Positions 1 to 8,239 of a stretch of 46,654 bases of DNA are shown here, piece by piece. The stretch comes from Sphingomonadales bacterium (lineage in GTDB: Bacteria; Pseudomonadota; Alphaproteobacteria; Sphingomonadales; Sphingomonadaceae). Position 1 is the stretch's first letter. Every line of letters begins with the position of its first letter. The stretch is from contig JANYCM010000266.1 of the NCBI GenBank assembly GCA_025360285.1, forward strand, positions 1-46,654, in the 5' to 3' direction. The position numbers were made by a program, and so were the translations under genes. Under the pieces are notes generated by a model. That model was given only the letters and a program-made list of their open reading frames with translations. It was not told the DNA's origin and made no database searches.

Positions 1-212
1 CCGCGCCGGCCCTTCAGTGTTTCGCCGATCAGCGTTTCGTTGCGGCCGACGCCATAGATGCGCGCCGTATCGAGATGATCATAGCCAAGATCGAGCGCGC
101 GGTGCAGAAGGCGGGCGCCATCGGCCGGCGCCGGCGGCCGGCCATAGGCGTGCGACAAGGACATGCAGCCAAGGCCGATGGGGTTCACCGTGCGTCCGGC
201 AAGTTGCGTCAT
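1..212 (-). CDS. Aldo/keto reductase (5' part; runs off the window start)
   Basis: Manual translation from ATG at 212: MTQLAGRTVNPIGLGCMSLSHAYG...ALDLGYDHLDTARIYGVGRNETLIG. This has the AKR GLGCM and DTAxxYG motifs; AAGGA RBS upstream. Not in the ORF track because it is truncated. Confidence 0.85.
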   Translation of the reverse strand, partial: MTQLAGRTVNPIGLGCMSLSHAYGRPPAPADGARLLHRALDLGYDHLDTARIYGVGRNETLIGETLKGRR

Positions 213-271
213 GTTCCAAGTCCTTTTGGGCGCCCGTGCGCCGAATCAAAAGCCATTGTCGCGGCGATCCG

Positions 272-2320
272 CTACCGCCGCAACCGCAGCCCGAGCGTGA
301 TCGTCCGCGGCGTGCCGCGATCGATGATGCCGTTGGTCGAAATGCCCGAATCGATCGCCGTATCGGTCAGATTCTCGCAGGCCAAGGTTGCGGTGATGCC
401 GCGCCCGATGGGCAGTTCGGCGATGGCATCGAGCGTCGCCGCGTCGCCCAGACGGCGCTGGCCCAGATCGTCCTCGGCCTGGCCGCTGACATAGCGCCCG
501 GTCACCGCCAGCCGCGCTCCGGCATAGGGCATCCAGCCCAAGGTGATGCTGCCCTGGTGCGTTGGCGTCTGCGCCGGCGCCAGCCCGTCAAGCGCCGCCG
601 CCAGCCCCGATGCCCGCACGCGGGCGCGGGTATAGGCCCAGGACGCATCGAGGCGCACCGCGCCCAGCCCGACATGCGCCTCGGCCTCCAGCCCCTGCGC
701 GACAATCGCATCAAGATTGCGGCGCTGGCGATAGGTGCCGCCGGCGGCGACAAAGCCGACCTGCGGATAGGTCCCCGGCCCCACCCCCAGCGTCACATTG
801 CCGATGGCATTGTCGAGCCGGTTCCAGAACGCCGTCAGCCCCAGCCGCACATCGCTGAGCGGGCGGTAATCGATCCCCGCCTCGATGCCCTTCAGCCGTT
901 CCGGGGCCAGCGCCGAATTGCTCGCCGTTGCATCGGCGCCGACCCGGAACGGCCGGTAGAGTTCATTAAGCGTCGGCAGGCGATAACCGAGATAGGCGGC
1001 GCTGCGCAGCTTGATGGCGCCGTTCACATCCCAGGCCAGGCCGCCGCGCGCCGTGGGTTCCCAGTGGCTGCGGTCCGCCGGGCGTTCGGTGATCGTCGGT
1101 GCCTGTGTCTGGGCATCGATTTCGGTGAGGAAGCCACCGGCGATGCCCCAGTGATCGATGCGGGCGCCGCCGGTGAGTGTCACCCCGGCCAGCGGCGTTG
1201 CCGACACTTCGGCATAGCCGCCGACAACGCTGTTGACGCCGCCGCCCTGACGCAGGCGGGTGTACAGCCCGGCGATATAGCGCGACCGTTCCTCGGTCCG
1301 GCCCGAATCGCGGCGGGCATCCACGCCCAGCCGCAGGTCAAAGCCGCGTGTCGGTGGCCGCACCTCCAGCTTGCCGCCAACCCCCGTCGCCGGGGTGTTG
1401 TACTGGTCGAGCGACGGGGTGGCGACAGTGCGCGTCGCATCGAGCGCCACGACACTGTTGGCAAAGGTCATCACCTGCCCATAGGCCAGCGCCTGCCATT
1501 GCCACGCCCCCTGGCCGAGCAGGCCGATGCTCGCAGTGGCCCCCCGCACATCGGTGGCATTGCCGGCGATGCCGCGCACCCGCTGATCGAAAAAGCCCAG
1601 CGCATTGACCAGCAATTGCGTGTCGGGGGCGATGGTCAGCGCCGTATGCAGCCCGGCGCTCGCCTGGTTATAGCGCGCCGCGATATCGGCGGGGCCGCGC
1701 TGATTGGCCGGGATGATGACATAGCCGTCACCGCGATCGAAGCGCCCGAAAACGGCGGCGCTGCCTTGGCCGAGACGTGCGCTGAGCACGCCGTCCGCCG
1801 TCACGGCATTGCGGCTGCCGGCGGCGATGCCGGCCTGCACCAGCGGTTGCCCGGCCGGATCGGCTGACAGCAATTCGATGGTGCCCGCCAGCGCCCCGGT
1901 GCCGAATGCCCCGGCGCCGGCGCCGCGCGTCACCCGCACTGCCCCCAGCCGTTCGGGGGCCAGTGCGAACCAGGGGATATAGCCGGCAAACGGGTCGGCG
2001 ACCGGCGCACCATCGAGCAGCACCAGCGCCCGGGACGAGGCATTGCCGCCGAGCGCACGCAGGGTGGCGCCCTGGCTGGTCGGGTTGGCGGTGCGGCTGT
2101 CGGTGCGCCGGAACTGCTGAAAACCGGCGACATCGCGCAGCACGTCTTCGATGCGGCCCGATGCGCTGCCGCTCAGCCGTTCGGCGGGGATGGTGACGAT
2201 ATCATAGGCCGCATCGCCGCGCGGCTGCGGCAGGGCAGTGACGATGATCTCGCCGGGTTCGGCGGCTTGTGCCGGGGCCGCCAGCGCGGCGACAAACAAC
2301 GGAGCGAGGGATCGTGACAT
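272..2320 (-). CDS. TonB-dependent outer-membrane receptor
   Basis: Signal peptide, TonB-box-like EIIVTA, plug motif (LRALGGNASSRALVLLDGAP...VTRGAGAGAFG), beta-barrel-type C-terminus (ENLTD...PRTITLGLRLRR). Confidence 0.9.
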   Translation of the reverse strand: MSRSLAPLFVAALAAPAQAAEPGEIIVTALPQPRGDAAYDIVTIPAERLSGSASGRIEDVLRDVAGFQQFRRTDSRTANPTSQGATLRALGGNASSRALVLLDGAPVADPFAGYIPWFALAPERLGAVRVTRGAGAGAFGTGALAGTIELLSADPAGQPLVQAGIAAGSRNAVTADGVLSARLGQGSAAVFGRFDRGDGYVIIPANQRGPADIAARYNQASAGLHTALTIAPDTQLLVNALGFFDQRVRGIAGNATDVRGATASIGLLGQGAWQWQALAYGQVMTFANSVVALDATRTVATPSLDQYNTPATGVGGKLEVRPPTRGFDLRLGVDARRDSGRTEERSRYIAGLYTRLRQGGGVNSVVGGYAEVSATPLAGVTLTGGARIDHWGIAGGFLTEIDAQTQAPTITERPADRSHWEPTARGGLAWDVNGAIKLRSAAYLGYRLPTLNELYRPFRVGADATASNSALAPERLKGIEAGIDYRPLSDVRLGLTAFWNRLDNAIGNVTLGVGPGTYPQVGFVAAGGTYRQRRNLDAIVAQGLEAEAHVGLGAVRLDASWAYTRARVRASGLAAALDGLAPAQTPTHQGSITLGWMPYAGARLAVTGRYVSGQAEDDLGQRRLGDAATLDAIAELPIGRGITATLACENLTDTAIDSGISTNGIIDRGTPRTITLGLRLRR

Positions 2321-2377
2321 GGCACCGCGACTGACATCGCCGCCGCCGCTTGTCCACCGACTTGCGGCGGGCCTTGC

Positions 2378-2881
2378 TCAGCCGATCGCCGAAACCGGTT
2401 CCGGATCCGCCGCTGCCACCTTGCGTGCCCGCGGCCGCCGCACCCGGCCCAGATCAGCATCGGGCGTGATGCCGGTAATGCCGCCATCGGCGTTGAAATG
2501 CACCGTCACCAGCCGGGCAGGCAGGGCGGTGGTAAGTACCTCGGCGGCAACGCCGAACACCTGTGATACCTCGCCAGGTGGAACGAGCGCCGGCTTGTCC
2601 CGCAGCCGCGCGCCGCGGGCGATCTGCCCCATCGTCCAGAACGCCCATAGCCCAACCAGCACCGCGATCATGCTAGTGGCGATGCCGAAAAGATCTTGCA
2701 GGGATCGCCAGCCGCCCAGCCAGACGACTTCCTGCGCCAGCACATGAAACCCCATCAGCCAGCCGCCGACGATAACCAAGGGCATCAGGAACCAGCCCCA
2801 GCACAGCAATGACAGCAGCAGCGCGCCATGGCGTTGCCGCGGGCTTTGCAGATGTGGCAGGTTGATGATCAGCGTCGTCAT
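2378..2881 (-). CDS. pgaD: PNAG biosynthesis protein PgaD
   Basis: ATG at 2881 overlaps the pgaC stop (ATGA). Two TM segments, an N-terminal LIIN..LQ motif and a C-terminal VTVHFNADGGI typical of PgaD/HmsS. Confidence 0.75.
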   Translation of the reverse strand: MTTLIINLPHLQSPRQRHGALLLSLLCWGWFLMPLVIVGGWLMGFHVLAQEVVWLGGWRSLQDLFGIATSMIAVLVGLWAFWTMGQIARGARLRDKPALVPPGEVSQVFGVAAEVLTTALPARLVTVHFNADGGITGITPDADLGRVRRPRARKVAAADPEPVSAIG

Positions 2882-4254
2882 GATGCGCGCAAACCCCGAT
2901 CGCTGGTGCCCCAGATAGCGGCCTTGCCGCTTTTGCGGCCCAAAGCCCGATAGACGCCCACAAGCGCCGTTGAGACGCCAATCATCCAATACGCGATCGG
3001 ATACCAGATAATCCAGAAATAATAGCGACCCAGGCCGCCAGCGCGCGATTCATAACGTGAATCGATGAACAGGCTGGTGCCGAACTGGAACAGGCAGGTG
3101 ATCGACAGCAGCACACTGAACCAGCGCGGCATCACATCGACCTGCCAGCCGAAACTATCGGGTTCGATGGTGTGGACCAGCGCCGCCAGCAGCGCCAGGG
3201 TAAGCAGATACGACCAGATGACGCTGACCCAATATTCCAGGTACAGCGGCCACAGCGCCCGCGCCTGCCAGCGCAGGATGCGCGGCGTGTAACGCAACAT
3301 TGCCTCCGCGCCGCCCTGGGCCCAGCGAGCGCGTTGCCGCCACAGGCCGCGGACGCTTTCGGGCATCAGCACCCAGCACAGGGCGTTGGGTTCAAAGCGA
3401 ATGCGCCAGCCTGCCAGTTGCAGTTTCCAGGAAATGTCGATGTCCTCGGTCACCATGTCGGTGGACCAGTAACCAACCTCGTGCAGCGCCGACCGGCGGA
3501 AGGCGGCGATCACCCCCGATACGGTGAAGATGCGGCCATAGGCCTGTTGGGCCCGCTTGATCATGCCGACGATCGCCGAAAATTCGCCGACCTGGATGCG
3601 GCCGATCAACGTGGTGCGGTTGCGCACGCGCGGATTGCCGGTCACGGCGCCGACGCTGGCATCGGCGAGGAAATGCCGCACCAGCCAGGTGGTGGCCTCG
3701 GGCGACAGCAGCGAATCGCCGTCGATGCCGATCAATATCTCACTTTCCGACAGCATTGCGGCGGTGCGCAGCCCCATCGCCTTGCCCTGGTTGGTGGCCA
3801 GGTTGATGACGCGCATGTTGGGCGTGCGCAGTGCCAGGTCGGTCAGGATTTCCAGCGTATTGTCGGTGCTGCCATCGTTGATCGCGATGATTTCGAAATT
3901 GGGGTAATTCTGCCGCGCGGCAAAGGCGATGGTATCGCGCAGATTATCGCCTTCGTTATGGCACGGCACCAGGATCGAAACGCTGGGGTAGCGTTCAAGC
4001 TGGGGCAGGGCGCCATAGATATCGGGCTTTCGCCATTCGTTGCGCAGGTAGAAGATGATGGCGCCGATCATCCAGACATAGGCCATGACCAGCGGGTAAT
4101 AAAAGATCAGCCGCACGGAATCGAGCAGCACATGGGCGCTGTGCCGGGCGACATGCACGACATCGCCGATGCCGCCGAACATCACTGCGGCGCCATCGGC
4201 GACCATGATGGCGGCGCCAACGGGCATCACGGCTACGCCCAAGACCATCATCAC
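2878..4254 (-). CDS. pgaC: Poly-beta-1,6-GlcNAc synthase (GT2) PgaC
   Basis: VSILVPCHNE, INDGS, IDGD, TEDIDISWKLQ and QRARW (QxxRW) motifs, plus TM helices; lies between pgaB and pgaD. Confidence 0.92.
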   Translation of the reverse strand: MMMVLGVAVMPVGAAIMVADGAAVMFGGIGDVVHVARHSAHVLLDSVRLIFYYPLVMAYVWMIGAIIFYLRNEWRKPDIYGALPQLERYPSVSILVPCHNEGDNLRDTIAFAARQNYPNFEIIAINDGSTDNTLEILTDLALRTPNMRVINLATNQGKAMGLRTAAMLSESEILIGIDGDSLLSPEATTWLVRHFLADASVGAVTGNPRVRNRTTLIGRIQVGEFSAIVGMIKRAQQAYGRIFTVSGVIAAFRRSALHEVGYWSTDMVTEDIDISWKLQLAGWRIRFEPNALCWVLMPESVRGLWRQRARWAQGGAEAMLRYTPRILRWQARALWPLYLEYWVSVIWSYLLTLALLAALVHTIEPDSFGWQVDVMPRWFSVLLSITCLFQFGTSLFIDSRYESRAGGLGRYYFWIIWYPIAYWMIGVSTALVGVYRALGRKSGKAAIWGTSDRGLRAS

Positions 4255-6209
4255 GGCTGCGCCGGAAGCGCGAAGACTTGCTTCAGCAGCGCCAGCCGCG
4301 GCTGATCATGATGGCCGTCATCGGGATAATAGCCGATGTTGCGCACCCCGGCGGCGCGCAGCAGGTCGATCTGGCGGGTGAATACGTCGGGCGCAATCGG
4401 CTGGTGTGATCGCCAATCGACCGATTGCAGTTCGAATACCGTGCGGTCGATGCCGCCGGGTTGCTTCGCCACTTCGGCGACCAGATGGTTCAGCCAGCGT
4501 TCGGCATTATCGGCCTCTTCCATCGCTGGCATCGCTTCGACGGCGACATAGTCATAATGCTTCAGGAAGGCGGGCAGCGACTGGGCATACCATTCCTCGG
4601 CATCGGTTTGCAGGATCGGCCGCGAATAGATGTTGCGCGCCGTCTTGATGTACGACCGGTACACCCGCACCCGCGCTGCCAGTTCATCGGTAAAACCGGT
4701 CATCTGCTGCGTCTTGGCGCGGCCCCAGGCGAGGCGCAGTGCCGGTGTGGCGCGCAGCGCATCGACCGACGCCGGCAAGCCAGTCGCCTTGTGGACCGCC
4801 GCCAGCGCGACCGGCGACGCATCCTCATAATCCGACAAAATGCCGTCATCATGGAACAACAGCCCGTCAAAGGCGGCATATTTGGCCAGATCCTCGTACA
4901 AATCCCCCACCCAGCGCCGCGCATCGGCATTATAGGGTGACAGGCGGGTGTAGATATGGCGTGACGGCTGGGCGCGGCCATCGCGCCATTCCTTGACATA
5001 CCAGGCGTCGGGCAGATTGGCCTTGAAGGCCATCATCGGCATCCAGGCATAGACTTTGACATTGGCGCGGTTCTTCAACTGGGCGGCGGTATAGCCGAAC
5101 AGATCGGCCTTCACCGGCAGGTGGCGGTTGGGGAAATACAGGGCATCGGCATTGCCGTCGCCATCCGGGTCGGAATAGGCCTGCAAATACACCGTGGTGG
5201 CGCCACTGGCGGCGACCCGGCTGACCAGCGCATCCAGGTTGCGCCGTTGCTGGGCCGGGTCGCGGTCCCAGATATAGTCGAGATCGACATGCATAACCCG
5301 CTGCGCCCGGTCGGCGCGCAGGCTGGTGATGATACTGGCGAACTGCGGCACTTCGGGGTCATCGGTCATGATCAGCCGGTCGATCAGCGCCAGGCTGCTG
5401 CGGACATCATTGGCGCCATCGGATTCGGCAAGTGTGATCGGCATGCCGGCCGCCCTGGCGGCATCGATGGCGATATTATTATATTCGCCGAACGGCCACA
5501 CCAGCACGCGCGGTCGCTTGCCGGTTTCCCTGAAGATGAAATCCGAACTTTTCTGCATGCCAACCCGCAGCCGCCGGGCATATTCGGCATCGCTTTCGTA
5601 CCGCCCCTCGCGGGCCAGATACCGCCGGGTCGTCACCGCGGCCGCATAGCCGCCTTGCGGGTTGGAATCGATGCCATGATGCATGTCGAAGGTGTGCGAG
5701 GCGATTTCGACGAGGTCGGATTTCTGCAGTTCGCGGACCTGCGCCCAGGTCAGCACCGGCTTGTTGCCGGGCACATCCGGCGTGGCGGTGCGATTCATCC
5801 AGGTGCCGATGATCGCTTCCACAGCAGGGATATGGCGGGCCTTCAGGATCGGGAAGACGCGGGTGTAAAAGCTTTCAAAACCATCATCGAAGGTGAGCAG
5901 TACCGCCTTGTCGGGCAACGGCGCCTTGCCTTCATGGGCGTCGATGATCTGCTGGATGCTGATAAAATGATAGCCATTGTCCGCCAGCCAATCGAGATGT
6001 TCGGCAAAGTTGCGGCTGGCGACGGCCATGCGATCAAATGGCGGCAGCTTGCTGCCATCCTGCGGTATATCGTGATAGCTGAGGACAATATAATGCCCGG
6101 CCGGCACGCTGGTAGGCGCTGTGACACTGGCCACCACCGGCCCGCCGCCAAACATCACGGCCATCGCCAACAGCAGCGCGAGCCAGCGACCGACCGAAAA
6201 TCTGGGCAT
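4251..6209 (-). CDS. pgaB: PNAG deacetylase/glycoside hydrolase PgaB (CE4 + GH153)
   Basis: LSYHDI, LTFDDG and SHTFDMH CE4 motifs; C-terminal HVDLDYIWD..., YFPNRHLP, FHDDG and YYPDD as in PgaB. Start taken at ATG 6209 (signal peptide); the ORF track extends to 6326. Confidence 0.9.
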   Translation of the reverse strand: MPRFSVGRWLALLLAMAVMFGGGPVVASVTAPTSVPAGHYIVLSYHDIPQDGSKLPPFDRMAVASRNFAEHLDWLADNGYHFISIQQIIDAHEGKAPLPDKAVLLTFDDGFESFYTRVFPILKARHIPAVEAIIGTWMNRTATPDVPGNKPVLTWAQVRELQKSDLVEIASHTFDMHHGIDSNPQGGYAAAVTTRRYLAREGRYESDAEYARRLRVGMQKSSDFIFRETGKRPRVLVWPFGEYNNIAIDAARAAGMPITLAESDGANDVRSSLALIDRLIMTDDPEVPQFASIITSLRADRAQRVMHVDLDYIWDRDPAQQRRNLDALVSRVAASGATTVYLQAYSDPDGDGNADALYFPNRHLPVKADLFGYTAAQLKNRANVKVYAWMPMMAFKANLPDAWYVKEWRDGRAQPSRHIYTRLSPYNADARRWVGDLYEDLAKYAAFDGLLFHDDGILSDYEDASPVALAAVHKATGLPASVDALRATPALRLAWGRAKTQQMTGFTDELAARVRVYRSYIKTARNIYSRPILQTDAEEWYAQSLPAFLKHYDYVAVEAMPAMEEADNAERWLNHLVAEVAKQPGGIDRTVFELQSVDWRSHQPIAPDVFTRQIDLLRAAGVRNIGYYPDDGHHDQPRLALLKQVFALPAQP

Positions 6210-6363
6210 AGAAATGATCAGCAACCTTTGCAGTGTCCGCACCGTGAACCCTGCCCACCGCGGCGGCCGGTGATGCGCCGATGTTTCCCTGCCAAGGATA
6301 TAGTGTGTCGTGCCGGGTGGGGACAAGGTTACCGCCGGATTAATTCCGGTTCAGGCGTCCTGG

Positions 6364-6392
6364 AGCATCTGAAAAACCCCGGCTTTTGTCAA
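6364..6392 (-). promoter_or_regulatory. Candidate sigma70 promoter for pgaBCD
   Basis: Minus strand reads TTGACA-N17-GATGCT: perfect -35, imperfect -10. Confidence 0.4.
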
Positions 6393-6393
6393 C

Positions 6394-6427
6394 GAAAATG
6401 GCCGGCACCGCAGATACGGTGCCGGCC
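6394..6427 (-). terminator. Intrinsic terminator-like hairpin after the small membrane protein gene
   Basis: 11-bp perfect inverted repeat GGCCGGCACCG-N6-CGGTGCCGGCC (6400-6427), followed by ATTTTC on the minus strand. Confidence 0.55.
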
Positions 6428-6474
6428 GGCAACAAAGCCCCCACGCGCCTCAGCCTCAGCGGCTGATGGCGACA

Positions 6475-6663
6475 TCAGTGGACGTTGACGTTGCCCAGGC
6501 TGCCCATCACGCCAAACGCCTGCAACAGCCACAACACGACGGCGATAACGACGACGATGTTGAGGATATTCTTGATCTTGCCGTCCATCGGCACATAGCT
6601 GTTGACCAGCCAGAGCAGAACACCAACGACAATCAGGGTGATAACAAGGTTCATCAACGGCAT
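6475..6663 (-). CDS. Small 2-TM membrane protein (Thivi_2564-like family)
   Basis: 62 aa MPLMNLVITLIVVGVLLWLVNSYVPMDGKIKNILNIVVVIAVVLWLLQAFG..., which matches my recollection of this family; AAAGGGG RBS upstream. Confidence 0.75.
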   Translation of the reverse strand: MPLMNLVITLIVVGVLLWLVNSYVPMDGKIKNILNIVVVIAVVLWLLQAFGVMGSLGNVNVH

Positions 6664-6867
6664 GGCGAAACGCCCTTTCCTGGCATGTGGCAACGCGATC
6701 CGAATCTTGGCCCGCGACGAGTATGAAGTTTCGAAACCATGATTGGTTCCGGGATGATTACGCCCCGGAAACCCTAATCCGGCTTCACCACGAAAATCCT
6801 TCGGTCGCCGCCGGGCGCTGCCGTTGCTCCTTTTGTCACCGCCTGCCGCGCCGGCGGTGCCCGTAAA

Positions 6868-6895
6868 AAGGCCAGTAACAAGGCCAGTAACAAGG
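6868..6895 (+). repeat. 12-bp tandem direct repeat running into an RBS
   Basis: AAGGCCAGTAAC x2 followed by AAGG(AG), directly upstream of ATG 6905. Confidence 0.8.
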
Positions 6896-6904
6896 AGCGT
6901 ATCA

Positions 6905-8107
6905 ATGCCGGGAAAGACCATCAACGTCAGCAATGCCACCCAATTGCTCGCCGCCGCCCGGCTGGCCAAAAGCGGTGACACGATCCTGTTGGCCAGCGGC
7001 GATTACGGCATTGTCAACCTGTCGGGCCTGCGCCCCACCGGGCTTGTCACCATCAAATCGGCCAATCCCAATGCCGAAGCGAGCTTTTACAAGCTGGGCG
7101 TCACCAACAGCAGCAACATCCTGCTGCAGGACATCAATGTCAGCCACCCGATCAAACCCGGCGACGCCGTGGTTTCGGCGCTGACCGTCAACAAATCCGA
7201 CAATATCACGCTGGTCGGTCTGAATGTCAGCGGATCGCTTGATGGCAACAGCTTCAATGATGGCGCGGGCCTGATCCTGACCGACAGCCATCATGTCACC
7301 GTGCTCGATTCCACCTTCCGGCAGCTCAATGTCGCCGTCACCATCAGCCGGGCGAGTGATCTGATCTTTGCCGGCAACACCGTGACCGAAGCCCGCGAAG
7401 GCATGAACGTGCAGCAGGCGACGCATGCGCTGTTCGAACGCAATTATATTACCAACATGCAGCCCAATTATGCGGCGGGTGATCATCCCGACATGTTTCA
7501 GGTGCAATCCGGCAACGGCGCCGGCGCCAGCAGCGATCTGATCTTCCGGTCCAATGTCATGATCGAAGGCACATCGGGGCCGATTGGCGGCATCTTCATC
7601 CGGTCTGAAAACGTCGGCAATGGCGTGCGCCAAAGCAATATCGTCATCGAAAACAACTTTTACCAGGGCACCTATCGCCACGCCATTTCGGTCAGCAATT
7701 CCGACAATGTCGTTATCGACAACAACACCGTGCTGGCCAGCGACAAGACCGGCGTGCAGCCGGCGATCATCACCTTTGATGATCGCAAGGTGCTGATTTC
7801 CGATAACATAGCCACGTTGATCCTGGATGATCGCTCGCAGCCGAGCACCGGCATCAGCCTGTCGAACAATGTGGCGGTGTGGAACACCCAATCCAAAAGC
7901 GGGTTGGCGGTATCGGCACTGTTCGCGGGCACCGCCGGCGGCCTAGATCTCGGCCGGCTCGATCCGCTCGCCGGCAGCATCGCCGACAAGGCCGGCGCCG
8001 GTTTCCATGCTGTCACCGGCATCGGCAATCTGGCCGGTAGCGTCGCCGCGCAGCTCGCCACTTATCTGCCGATGCTGGATCAGCCGTTCGCGCCGCACTT
8101 TGCCTGA
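6905..8107 (+). CDS. Right-handed parallel beta-helix (pectin-lyase-like fold) protein
   Basis: Begins KTINVSNATQLLAAARLAKSGDTILLASGDY, then repeated Asn-ladder strands (NIVIENN, NVVIDNNTV); AAGGAG RBS; no obvious signal peptide. Confidence 0.75.
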   Translation: MPGKTINVSNATQLLAAARLAKSGDTILLASGDYGIVNLSGLRPTGLVTIKSANPNAEASFYKLGVTNSSNILLQDINVSHPIKPGDAVVSALTVNKSDNITLVGLNVSGSLDGNSFNDGAGLILTDSHHVTVLDSTFRQLNVAVTISRASDLIFAGNTVTEAREGMNVQQATHALFERNYITNMQPNYAAGDHPDMFQVQSGNGAGASSDLIFRSNVMIEGTSGPIGGIFIRSENVGNGVRQSNIVIENNFYQGTYRHAISVSNSDNVVIDNNTVLASDKTGVQPAIITFDDRKVLISDNIATLILDDRSQPSTGISLSNNVAVWNTQSKSGLAVSALFAGTAGGLDLGRLDPLAGSIADKAGAGFHAVTGIGNLAGSVAAQLATYLPMLDQPFAPHFA

Positions 8108-8117
8108 TCGGCCACAT

Positions 8118-8180
8118 CGTCGGAGCGTCCCCGCCGTTCCGATGCCGCCGCGCGATCCCCTCTCGCGCGGCGGCCTTGTT
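8118..8180 (+). ncRNA. Candidate two-hairpin structured RNA/terminator with C-rich loops
   Basis: CGUCGGAGCG-UCCCCGC-CGUUCCGAUG (two G-U pairs) immediately followed by GCCGCCGCGCGA-UCCCCUC-UCGCGCGGCGGC and CUUGUU. Confidence 0.4.
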
Positions 8181-8239
8181 CCGGTGTAGATGGCGCCGCC
8201 GCGGCCATTGGGGCTTGCGGGCCAGCAAGGGCCTTGCCG

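Noticed and set aside
17-1867. 616-aa plus-strand ORF, and other long antisense ORFs (e.g. 5121-6488, 24929-26329, 31326-33632, 34261-35607)
   Set aside because: Arg/Ala-rich shadow frames opposite well-recognised genes; expected in high-GC DNA.
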